64,000 nt of DNA, from positions 5,805-69,804 of the forward strand of contig NZ_JAFAGT010000014.1 of the NCBI RefSeq assembly GCF_019237615.1, given 5' to 3'. Below, piece by piece: positions 49,274 through 57,643 of this stretch. This DNA comes from Roseateles sp. GTDB taxonomy: Bacteria > Pseudomonadota > Gammaproteobacteria > Burkholderiales > Burkholderiaceae_C. The notes under the pieces are model-generated. The model was not told where the DNA came from. It saw nothing but the letters and a program-made list of their open reading frames with translations, and searched no databases. Positions within the stretch are counted from its first letter, which is position 1; every line of letters starts with the position of its first letter. Made by a program: the position numbers and the translations under genes.

Positions 49274-49421
49274 CAGCGCCTGCCAGGACGCCCGAGCGGC
49301 GCTGGAGCCCCCGCGGTGGGCCGAGCCCGCGCACGCAGCGGACAGTGGTCGCCGCGCGGCTGGCGAATGGCCTGGCACGGCCTGCGAGGCAATGCGTGAA
49401 GCGAGCGCGGGGACGTCATCT

Positions 49422-49832
49422 TCAGGGCTCGACGCAGGCCGCGAGCGTCACGATGACGTCCACGCCCGCCTGCCAGCAGCGCCCGTCCGCTGCGCGGGCA
49501 ACAGCGACGATGCGCTGGCTGCGTGCCAGGCGCATGCGGGTGCTGAACTCGGGCCTGGCGCTGCCGGCGCCGAAGGCGACGTGCACGACCTCGGGCTCGG
49601 GATTGAGCGGCGTGAACAAGGCCAGGCCCGCGACCGGCTCGTTCGCGGCGACGCGCACCGGCACCGCGTTGCCGTTCTCCACCAGCTCGGCGATGGCGAT
49701 ATCCAGCGCGCCGGCCTCGGGCTCGCGGCCGGCCCAGGCGCGGATGGCGACGCGCATGGCCTCGTCCGTCGCCCGCGCCTCGGGCAACAACGCGAGCGCG
49801 GACGCCGCCATGACGAACTCGCGCCGCCTCAT
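49422..49832 (-). CDS. SoxY-related carrier protein with variant C-terminal arm (AACVEP instead of GGCGG)
   Basis: Start ATG 49832. Tat signal MRRREFVMAASALALLPEARA, IAELVENGNAVPVRV, and C-terminus DVIVTLAACVEP. Confidence 0.75.
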   Translation of the reverse strand: MRRREFVMAASALALLPEARATDEAMRVAIRAWAGREPEAGALDIAIAELVENGNAVPVRVAANEPVAGLALFTPLNPEPEVVHVAFGAGSARPEFSTRMRLARSQRIVAVARAADGRCWQAGVDVIVTLAACVEP

Positions 49833-50197
49833 GGCGCCGCCAGCGTGCCGAGGTAGGCCACGAGGTCGTCGAGCTGCTGCTCGGTCAGTGCCGCCCGGCC
49901 GGCCCAGGCCGGCGCCACGTCGCGCAGGCCCTCGGTCGAGCGGAAGGGCGGCATGACGGTGGCGGGGTTGAAGCGGCGCATGTCGGCGATTCGCTCGCGC
50001 AAGTCGCGGGACGACAGCCGTGCCGCGGCCACCGCCAGCGGCGGCGCGAGATTGCCCTGGTTGGCATCGCCCGCTGCCGTCAGCGCATGGCACAGCAGGC
50101 ACAGGCTCTGCGTGCGGTCGGCCACCAGCGCGCGGCCGCGCTCGATGTCGCCGGCCTGAGCACCGGCCGCCAGCACGAGCGCCAGCCACGCACGCAT
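49829..50197 (-). CDS. soxX: monohaem c-type cytochrome SoxX-like
   Basis: [15 protein letters not shown] signal peptide, single CLLCH, MPPF. The start overlaps the IorB-like stop (TGATG) and the stop overlaps the SoxY-like start (ATGA). Confidence 0.75.
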   Translation of the reverse strand: MRAWLALVLAAGAQAGDIERGRALVADRTQSLCLLCHALTAAGDANQGNLAPPLAVAAARLSSRDLRERIADMRRFNPATVMPPFRSTEGLRDVAPAWAGRAALTEQQLDDLVAYLGTLAAP

Positions 50198-52346
50198 CAC
50201 GCCAGCGAATGCTTGCTCAGCGGCAGGTCGCGAATGCGCTTGCCGGTGGCCATGAAGATCGCGTTCAGCACCGCCGGCGCGGCGACGGCGATGGTCGGCT
50301 CGCCCACGCCGCCCCAGAAGCCGCCCGAGGGCATGCAGATGGTCTCGACGGCCGGCATGTGCTCCATCCTGACGACGGGGTAGCTGTCGAAGTTCCGCTG
50401 CTCCACGCGGCCGTCCTTGATCGTGATCTCGCCGAACAGCGCCGCCGACAGGCCGTAGACGAAGCTGCCCTCAACCTGGGCCGCGATCTGCTGAGGGTTG
50501 ACGGCATGGCCGGGGTCGGTCGCGGCGACGATGCGGTGGATCTTCAGCTCGCCCTTCTTGGACACCGACACCTCGGCGCAGGCCGCCACATAGCTGCCAA
50601 AGCCCATGATCTGCGCCAGCCCCAGGTGACGCCCCTGGGCGCGCGGCCTGCCCCAGCCGGCCTTGGCGGCCACCGCGTTCAGCACGGCCAGGTGCTTGGG
50701 CGAGTTGGCCAGCAGCTCGCGGCGCAGCTCCAGCGGGTCGCGCTTGGCGGCATGGGCCACCTCGTCGATGAAGCACTCCAGGTAGATCGCGTTCTGGTTC
50801 AGGTTCACGCCGCGCCAGAAACCGGGCGGCACCGGCGGGTTGCGCATCGCGTGGTCGATGAGCAGATGGGGCAGCGCATAGCCCAGCGCGCCTTCCGCGC
50901 CGCCGGCGTTCAGGCCCTGGAACACGGCCGGGTCCTTGCCGTCGCGGATGTTCTGCGGGAACAGGCCCGCGACGATGCTCTGGCCCGAGATGCGCATGTG
51001 CAGGGCCGTCATCTTGCCGGCCGCGTCCAGGCCCGCCGTCAGCTTGCACTGCGTGACCGGGTGGTAGCGACCATGGGTCATGTCCTCCTCGCGGCTCCAG
51101 ATCAGCTTGACCGGCGTGCCGGGCAGCTCCCTGGCGATGGCCACGGCCTGGCGCACCCAGTCGTGCACGGCGCCGCGCCGGCCGAAGCCGCCCCCCAGAT
51201 GCAGCTTGTAGACCTCGCAGGCCGAGGGCGGCAGGCCGGCAGCCTCGGCCGCCGCAGCCAGTGCGGCCTCGCCGTTCTGCGTGGGTGTCCAGACCTCGCA
51301 ACGCTCCGGCGTCCACTTGGCCGTCGCGTTCATGACCTCCATCGTCGCGTGGTTCTGGTGCGGCGTGCTGTAGACGGCCTCGACCTTCCTCGCCGCGCCG
51401 GCCAGCGCGGCCGCGACATCACCCTGGCTGCTGCCGACGGCGGCCTCGGGGGCATCGAGGCCGGCCTTCAGCATCGCGGCAACGTCCGCGCTGCTCAGCT
51501 TGGCGTGCGGGCCCTCGTCCCAGACGATGGGCAGGGCCTCCAGCGCTGTCTTGGCCCGCCACCAGGTGTCGGCCACGACGGCCACGGCCGTGTCGCCGAC
51601 CCGGACGACCTTCTTCACACCGGGGCGCTTCTCGACCTCCGTCGCGTCGAAGCTCTTGAGCCTGCCGCCGAAGACCGGGCAGTCCTTGATGGCTGCGTTC
51701 AGCAGGCCGGGCAACTGCATGTCCATGCCATAGACCTGCGAGCCGTCGAGCTTGGCGCGGGTGTCCAGCCGCTTCAGCGGCCGGCCGGCCAGCGTCCAGT
51801 CCTTCACCGGCTTGAGCTCGATGTCGGCCGGCGCGGCCAGACCAGCGGCCTCGGCGGCAAGCGAGCCATAGCTCAGCTTCCTGCCCCCGTGCAACACCCA
51901 GCCCGAGGCGGTCGCGCACTCCACGACCGACACGTTCCACCGGTTGGCGGCCGCCTGGATCAGCAGTGCCCGCGCCAGCGCTCCACCCTTGCGCACATAC
52001 TCATGCGACTCGCGCACGCCACGGCTGCCGCCCGTGCTCATGCTGCCCCAGGCGCGGTTGCGCGCCAGGTTCTGGCCCGGCGTGGGGTACTCGGTCTTCA
52101 CCTTGGCCCAGTCGCATTCCAGCTCCTCGGCGACGAGCTGGGCCAGGCCGGTCAGTGTGCCCTGCCCCATCTCCGAGCGCGCGATGCGGATGACGACGCT
52201 CTCGTCGGGCAGCACCTGCACCCAGGCGTTCAGCTCGGGCGCGGCACCGGCCGCGGCCAGGCCCGGCACATGGAAGCCCACCATCAGGCCGCCCGCCGCG
52301 GCGCCGGTGGTGTGCAGGAAGGACCGGCGCGACAGGACCGCGGCGC

Positions 52347-52350
<4 letters not shown>
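50197..52350 (-). CDS. xanthine-oxidase-family molybdopterin subunit (IorB/aldehyde oxidoreductase large subunit-like), Tat-exported
   Basis: Start ATG 52350: [21 protein letters not shown] (twin-arginine), then [22 protein letters not shown] and GGGFGRR. 717 aa. The 142 upstream codons in the track were rejected. Confidence 0.9.
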
Positions 52351-52841
<491 letters not shown>

Positions 52842-52941
52842 GCCAGCCCCCCGTTCCGCCACCCTTGGCGGGCGCGGGCAGCCTAGCAGGATCGGCGCTC
52901 GCCTGCCTAGAAAAACACAGCGGCGCCGGGATGCCCGGCCT

Positions 52942-53235
52942 TCAGCCGTTCCCCTCGCGCCAGCCCCGCCCGGCCATGCAGCGCTTTTGCGCGCTGACGG
53001 CCTCGGCGGCGGCCTGGATGCGCTGGTTCTCCGCGAGGCTCGTGCACGCCGAGCCGTCCATGCAATTGCGGGAGAGCGCCTGGCCGCCAAGCTGGTTGAG
53101 CCGGCCTATGCGCTCCGCGTCCTTGGAGCAGGCGGCCTGGTCCGCCTCCAGATCGGCGCCCGGATGTTGCGGATTGACCCAACGGGGCGAGGCACAGGCG
53201 CTCAACGCGAGGCAGACCAGCAGCAGGACTCTCAT
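52942..53235 (-). CDS. small Cys-containing lipoprotein, function unknown
   Basis: Start ATG 53235: [13 protein letters not shown]|C lipobox. 97 aa with four further Cys. About 100 nt upstream of the iorA-like gene on the same strand. Confidence 0.5.
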   Translation of the reverse strand: MRVLLLVCLALSACASPRWVNPQHPGADLEADQAACSKDAERIGRLNQLGGQALSRNCMDGSACTSLAENQRIQAAAEAVSAQKRCMAGRGWREGNG

Positions 53236-53441
53236 GGACGGGCGAAAAAATCTTGGAACGGCCATGCTAGCGCCGCCGCACGGGCCGCGAATCGAGTGGG
53301 GTGAGGAATTGCTCCCTCAGCTCTCGCACCACCGAACGCACAGGCCGGCTCCCGACAGTTCAAGTGGGGCGCCGGGGCTGCTGGTGGGCAACCAATCCCT
53401 TGCCGGGCTGGTAGAGGACGTTCTCCGCCAGGCAGGCGCAC

Positions 53442-53472
53442 CCTGCCGGACGTACTCGAAAGAAACCCCGGC
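53442..53472 (-). repeat. degenerate copy of the 3' part (T-arm/acceptor) of tRNA-Arg(UCU); putative distal att site of the islet
   Basis: Minus strand GCCGGGGtttcTTTCGAGTaCgTCCGG-CAGG versus tRNA 3' part GTCGGGGG----TTCGAGTCCCTCCGGGCAGG. Same orientation as the tRNA at 57552-57628. Confidence 0.4.
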
Positions 53473-53727
53473 ACGGAGGCCGGGGCTGAAAAACCGCCCG
53501 CCGCTCACGCGGCAGGCGCCTGCTCAGGGAGGAACAGCAGGGGGCGTTGTGCCCACCCTCAATCTACTCCCCCTGGACGGCCTTGGCATGTAGGACAGCA
53601 GGACGATTTGCCGTTGTATCGGGCATGAGACTCATGCACCAAATCCTTCGGATGTATCCGTCTGTGAGAGTCCGGCCCGGCGGGGCCCGGCATCCCTAGA
53701 CTGTCGGCCGCGCAATGGGCGCTCAGG

Positions 53728-54426
53728 ATGCAGTACATGGTCCCTATCGTTGAAGTGCGGCGCAATGCAGCGCCGCCGGGTGATTTCGCCAGCCTGCCGC
53801 TGGATCTGGACAGCGGCTTCGGCGGCCTGGCGGGCGACGCCCTCGAGCTCGTCGAGCGCCGCTACGGCGACCGCGGCCTGGCCGTGACGCGTGAGCGCTA
53901 CAACAGCCGCGACCAGGATGGCGACATCGTCTGCACGGCGCGCGATGGGGACGAGGTCGTCGGCACGCTGTCCGTGCGCTTCGACGGCATGGGCGGGCTG
54001 CACGCCGACCAGCTGTTCAAGGCCGAGCTCGACGCGTGGCGGGCCGACGGCATCAAGCTCTGCGAGTTCGGCGGCCTGGCCATGGGCGCACATCCCCACG
54101 ACCCCAAGCGCGTGCTGGCCCATATCTTTCACCTCGGCTACCTGCACGCCCACCGGCGGGCGCGCTGCGAGCGCCTGATCGTCGAGGTCAATCCGCGCCA
54201 CGTCGCGTTCTACCGGCGTTGCCTGGGACTTATCCCGCTGACCACGGCGCGCCACAACCCGCGCGTGCAGGCACCGGCCGTGCTCATGAGCATCGCCTTC
54301 GCCACCGTGCGCGAGCAGATCGCGCTCTGGGGCGGCCGCCACGACCGCACGGCCTCCACGCGCAGCCTCTACCCGCTGTTCTGGGACGCCGCAACCGAAG
54401 CCACCATGCTGGCCAGGCTGCCCTAA
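53728..54426 (+). CDS. FeeM-like long-chain N-acyl amino acid synthase (GNAT-fold)
   Basis: 232 aa. VGTLSVRFDG..GLHADQLF, KLCEFGGLAM, ERLIVEVNPRHVAFYRRCLG. The alternative start ATG 53737 has better AGGA spacing. Confidence 0.7.
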   Translation: MQYMVPIVEVRRNAAPPGDFASLPLDLDSGFGGLAGDALELVERRYGDRGLAVTRERYNSRDQDGDIVCTARDGDEVVGTLSVRFDGMGGLHADQLFKAELDAWRADGIKLCEFGGLAMGAHPHDPKRVLAHIFHLGYLHAHRRARCERLIVEVNPRHVAFYRRCLGLIPLTTARHNPRVQAPAVLMSIAFATVREQIALWGGRHDRTASTRSLYPLFWDAATEATMLARLP

Positions 54427-54648
54427 AACCGGGCGCAAGTCATCTGCCCCACGCGCCGGAACCCGATGCCGACGGCGGGCGAGCCGAACACGGCCGCCAT
54501 CCCCCTCGCCTCCCGCCAAAGGGGGTGACGCGAAATGAAAGCAGCCAAGGCTGGTGAGGCCCCGGGCGTCTGATGAACTCGCCAGCTTGGCCAGGCCAGA
54601 CATCAACTTCGGCCTCAAGTTCCGAGGCGGCCTGCCGATAGACGCGAT

Positions 54649-54852
54649 ATGGACATTGCCAACTCCACCAGCGTCAACGTCGCCTCCAGGTATGCCCAGG
54701 CAGACACGGCCGATGCGGTAAACCTCCTGGTGTTGCGCAAGGCGATCGACGTCCAGGCCGCTGGCGCCCTGGCCCTGCTCAGCGCGCTGCCGCAACAGCC
54801 GGCGCTGGCGACCGAGGGCTCGCTGGGACGCCATGTGAACACCTACGCCTGA
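54649..54852 (+). CDS. YjfB-like small protein (putative motility protein family)
   Basis: 67 aa. MDI-x-S...Q...VNLLVLRKAIDVQAAGALALLSALP...SLGRHVNTYA follows the YjfB-family pattern. No obvious SD. Confidence 0.55.
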   Translation: MDIANSTSVNVASRYAQADTADAVNLLVLRKAIDVQAAGALALLSALPQQPALATEGSLGRHVNTYA

Positions 54853-54981
54853 GCGCATCCGGCTGCTCGGTTTTGAACAGGTCGCAGGCGCCTGAGCGGC
54901 CGTGAGTTGTCGAGCAACGCTGGCCCGGAACGGGTCGAACTTCCACCCGCTTGGCCGCATGAACGCCAACCACGAGCAAGG

Positions 54982-55254
54982 TCAGCTTTGCCACCAGGTG
55001 ACAGCGCGTAGTTCATCTGCTGAGAACTCGTCCCAGCCACCGTCCGCTGTCCGATAAAAGCGAAAGATTGGATGATCTTCATTCCCACCAAAGTTGACAG
55101 AGCACCCCGAGTAGGACGCCGCCCGCTGAGCGTCAGTGATCGCAGCAGCCTCCGCTGCGGCGCGATAGCTGGCTCGGTCTGAGCGCGCGAAGGTCGGCGC
55201 CGTCGGGCAGCGCGAAGTCCTCGCCAAGTCGTTAGATACAGTCTGGGTAGCCAT
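54982..55254 (-). CDS. hypothetical small protein
   Basis: 90 aa, good RBS (AGGAG 9 nt upstream of ATG 55254), non-artefactual composition. No recognisable motif. Confidence 0.45.
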   Translation of the reverse strand: MATQTVSNDLARTSRCPTAPTFARSDRASYRAAAEAAAITDAQRAASYSGCSVNFGGNEDHPIFRFYRTADGGWDEFSADELRAVTWWQS

Positions 55255-55357
55255 GATGTGCTTCTCCTACAGTCGCACGTTGTGGTTAGGCCGGCCCAGA
55301 AATCTCACCTTCTGGGCTCGGCCGCTTTGCCTCAGGCCCGCTGAGGCGCCGGGTTCA

Positions 55358-55792
55358 TCAGGCCGAGCTGCGCAGCGCAACCGGCTTGATCTTCAACCGC
55401 TGGGCATTGCGCCCCAGAACATCATCGAGCGTGGCCATGTGCTTCGCTCCTGCAGCTTCGGCGCACGCCAGGTGAAGCGCGTCGCCGGCACGAAGCGCGC
55501 TCGCGGCATCCAGCACCAGTTCTGCAGCGCGATGGAAGTGGGCTGGCTCGACCGGCAGCAACCGGAGGTCCGCGGCCACCATGCGCTCGAAGCGCGCCCA
55601 GGCACCTTGGGCCTGCTGAGCATCGATGGCGCCGGTGCGCTGCTTGATGCCGAGAGCGCTCGCAAACTCCGGAACACACCAAGCCGCGGCGACAAGCTCG
55701 CCCTTCTCCCGCGAGTACCAGTCGGCGGCTGCCGCGCTGTGCGGCTCGTTCAAGAACAGCGGCACGAGCACGCTGGTGTCGACATAGACCAT
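55358..55792 (-). CDS. vapC: PIN-domain toxin VapC
   Basis: Start ATG 55792: MVYVDTSVLVPLFLNE..., GDALHLACA. Located 1 nt after the antitoxin stop. Confidence 0.85.
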   Translation of the reverse strand: MVYVDTSVLVPLFLNEPHSAAAADWYSREKGELVAAAWCVPEFASALGIKQRTGAIDAQQAQGAWARFERMVAADLRLLPVEPAHFHRAAELVLDAASALRAGDALHLACAEAAGAKHMATLDDVLGRNAQRLKIKPVALRSSA

Positions 55793-55793
55793 G

Positions 55794-56039
55794 TCAGTAC
55801 CGGGCGCTGCTACGCATTTCATCGATCACCGGGGCGCTCATCGGCATGGTGCCACGCGCCTCGGTCAGTTCGACGGCAAAGGCCTTGCGATCCCACTGAG
55901 CCGGCCGAATAGACAGGGCGCCATCGACAGTGAGCTGCGCTTCCACGGTCGCACCTTCGCGCAGGCCAAGCCGGCGCACGACCTCGGACGGAATCCGCAG
56001 GGCCAAGCTGTTGCCCCATTTCGCTACTTGCAGGTCCAT
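55794..56039 (-). CDS. vapB: AbrB/MazE/SpoVT-family antitoxin VapB
   Basis: MDLQVAKWGNSLALRIPSEVVRRLGLREG. An upstream inverted repeat CATGTagaaACATG is a likely operator. Confidence 0.85.
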   Translation of the reverse strand: MDLQVAKWGNSLALRIPSEVVRRLGLREGATVEAQLTVDGALSIRPAQWDRKAFAVELTEARGTMPMSAPVIDEMRSSARY

Positions 56040-56120
56040 GATGTATATCCTTTCATGTTTCTACATGCTACGCAACGACGGTGAGATGTCAAGCGACACC
56101 GGCGCGGGTCGCCGCGACGC

Positions 56121-57362
56121 TCACCCCTTCTTGAACTGGAGCACCTGGGCGCCGACCCGGAGCTGGTCGAGGTAATCCGCCCAGGCCTGCATGAGGGTCT
56201 TGCGCTGCGCCATGAACTCGGCGCGGTCATAGGCCATGCCCAACGGCCCAGACTTGCCGTGCGCGAGCTGGGCCTCGATGACGTCAGGCGACACGCCGGG
56301 CAGACGCTCGACGATCAGCGTGCGGGCCATCGCGCGGAAGCCGTGCGGGGTCATCTCGCCGTTGCTGTAGCCCAGCCGGCGCAGCGCGACGCGAACGGTG
56401 TTCTCGCTCATGCACTTCTCGCCGGTCAGCAGCGACGGGAACACGTAGCGGCCGTGGCCCGTGAGCGGCTGCAGTTCCTTCAGGACCGCCACAGCTTGCG
56501 GCGCCAGCGGCACCAGGTGCGGGCGGCCGTTCTCCTTGCCGTGCAGGGTGCGCTTCATCTTGGCGGCCGGGATCGTCCACAGGCCGGCGTCGATGTCGAC
56601 CTCGGCCCACTCCATCGCCCGGATGTTGCCCGGGCGTTGGAACAGCAGGGCCGACAGCAGCAGCGCAGCGCGGGTCGCTGGCTGGCCAGAGTAGGCGTCG
56701 ATGGCGCGCATCAGGTCACCAGCGCCGGCCGGCTCCAGCAGCGCCGCCATGTGCTTCACCTTCACCGGCTGCAGCGCGCCGTTGAGGTCGGGAGCCGGGT
56801 CACGCTCGCAGCGACCGGTCTGGACGCCGTAGCGAAACACCTGGCCGGCGGTCTGGCGCAGCGTGTGCGCGGTCTCGATGGCCCCACGCTTCTCCACCCG
56901 GCGCAGCGCGTCCAGCAGCAACGGGGCGGTGATGTTCCCCATGGGCATGGCGCCGATGTGGGGGAACAGATCCTTCTCCATGCGCTCGATCCAGCGGGCG
57001 GCGTACTTCGGGCTCCAGCCGACCTTCTTCGTCTCGAAGCACTCGCGGGCCACGGCCTCGAAGGTCTGGGCGCCGGCAGCCTTGCTGATGACCTTGGCGA
57101 CGCGACGGGCCTGGACAGGGTCTTCACCCTCGCTCCGCGCCTTGCGGGCCTTGTCGCGCCCTTCCCTGGCGTCCTTGAGGCTGACCAGCGGGTAGTTGCC
57201 CAGCGCCAGGCGCTTCTCCTTGCCGCCGAACCGGTACTTCACAAACCAGCGCTTGGAGCCGGTCGCCGCCACTTCGAGGTACAGGCCCCCAGCATCAGCG
57301 AACCGGGCGCGAGGCTTGTCAGCGGGGCAACTGGCGTTGCGGCAGGCGGCGTCTGTGAGCAT
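56121..57362 (-). CDS. int: tyrosine-type site-specific integrase (P4-like, DUF4102 N-terminal domain)
   Basis: FADAGGLYLEVAATGSKRWFVKYRFGGKEKRLALGNYP (arm-binding domain), plus catalytic HGFRAMART and LAHG...AYDR. Confidence 0.9.
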   Translation of the reverse strand: MLTDAACRNASCPADKPRARFADAGGLYLEVAATGSKRWFVKYRFGGKEKRLALGNYPLVSLKDAREGRDKARKARSEGEDPVQARRVAKVISKAAGAQTFEAVARECFETKKVGWSPKYAARWIERMEKDLFPHIGAMPMGNITAPLLLDALRRVEKRGAIETAHTLRQTAGQVFRYGVQTGRCERDPAPDLNGALQPVKVKHMAALLEPAGAGDLMRAIDAYSGQPATRAALLLSALLFQRPGNIRAMEWAEVDIDAGLWTIPAAKMKRTLHGKENGRPHLVPLAPQAVAVLKELQPLTGHGRYVFPSLLTGEKCMSENTVRVALRRLGYSNGEMTPHGFRAMARTLIVERLPGVSPDVIEAQLAHGKSGPLGMAYDRAEFMAQRKTLMQAWADYLDQLRVGAQVLQFKKG

Positions 57363-57446
57363 GGGGAACGGCCTCTTGGGGGAACGTATTCCCCCACTGC
57401 GGGGGAATCGCCGATTTGTTCCCCTGGATGTTCCCCCTGTCCCCCC
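57363..57446. repeat. cluster of GGGGAAY / RTTCCCC heptamers between int and the tRNA
   Basis: GGGGAAC 57363-57369; GGGGGAAC 57378-57385; TTCCCCC 57389-57395; GGGGGAAT 57401-57408; GTTCCCC 57418-57424; GTTCCCCC 57429-57436; GTCCCCCC 57439-57446. Candidate arm-type recombinase-binding sites. Confidence 0.5.
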
Positions 57447-57551
57447 TGGCTGTAAAGGGCCATCCTCGGACGTCCACGAACAATAAAGGCGCCTAAACCG
57501 TTGAAACGGCTAGGCGCCTTGGACGTTGGCGGATGTTGTCGGCGCTAAATT

Positions 57552-57628
57552 TGGCCTGCCCGGAGGGACTCGAACCCCCGACCTGCTGCTTAGAAGGCAG
57601 CTGCTCTATCCAGTTGAGCTACGGGCAG
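57552..57628 (-). tRNA. tRNA-Arg (anticodon UCU)
   Basis: Minus strand CTGCCCG-TA-GCTC-AACTGGATA-GAGC-A-GCTGC-CTTCTAA-GCAGC-AGGTC-GGGGG-TTCGAGT-CCCTC-CGGGCAG-G-CCA. Cloverleaf folded by hand. Colinear with E. coli argU as I recall it. Confidence 0.9.
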
Positions 57629-57643
57629 ACGAAAACCTGATTA

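Larger units (their letters stand above)
53442..57551. mobile_element. ~4.1-kb tRNA-Arg-associated integrase islet (integrase, vapBC, hypothetical, YjfB-like, FeeM-like)
   Basis: A P4-type tyrosine integrase lies directly beside the 3' end of tRNA-Arg(UCU). A degenerate tRNA 3'-end repeat sits at the far side. The cargo includes a TA module. Confidence 0.5.

Noticed and set aside
53466-53485. Hairpin CCCCGGC-acggag-GCCGGGG followed on the minus strand by TTTCTTTCG, considered as a terminator
   Set aside because: No minus-strand gene ends just upstream of it, and its 3' arm coincides with the T-stem-like part of the putative att remnant. It was not called separately.
54620-54640. 8-nt match (ggcctgcc) to the tRNA-Arg 3' end as an alternative att site
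   Set aside because: Too short to be meaningful. The 31-nt degenerate match at 53442-53472 is much better.
54535-54640. Two coupled micro-ORFs (12 and 22 codons) between the FeeM-like and YjfB-like genes
   Set aside because: The first has a good SD, but such short ORFs arise easily by chance. They are mentioned in a finding and not annotated as genes.
53632-54969. 445-aa minus-strand ORF covering the FeeM-like and YjfB-like genes
   Set aside because: Arg/Gly/Ala-rich with no domain signature, whereas the plus-strand ORFs show recognisable family patterns.
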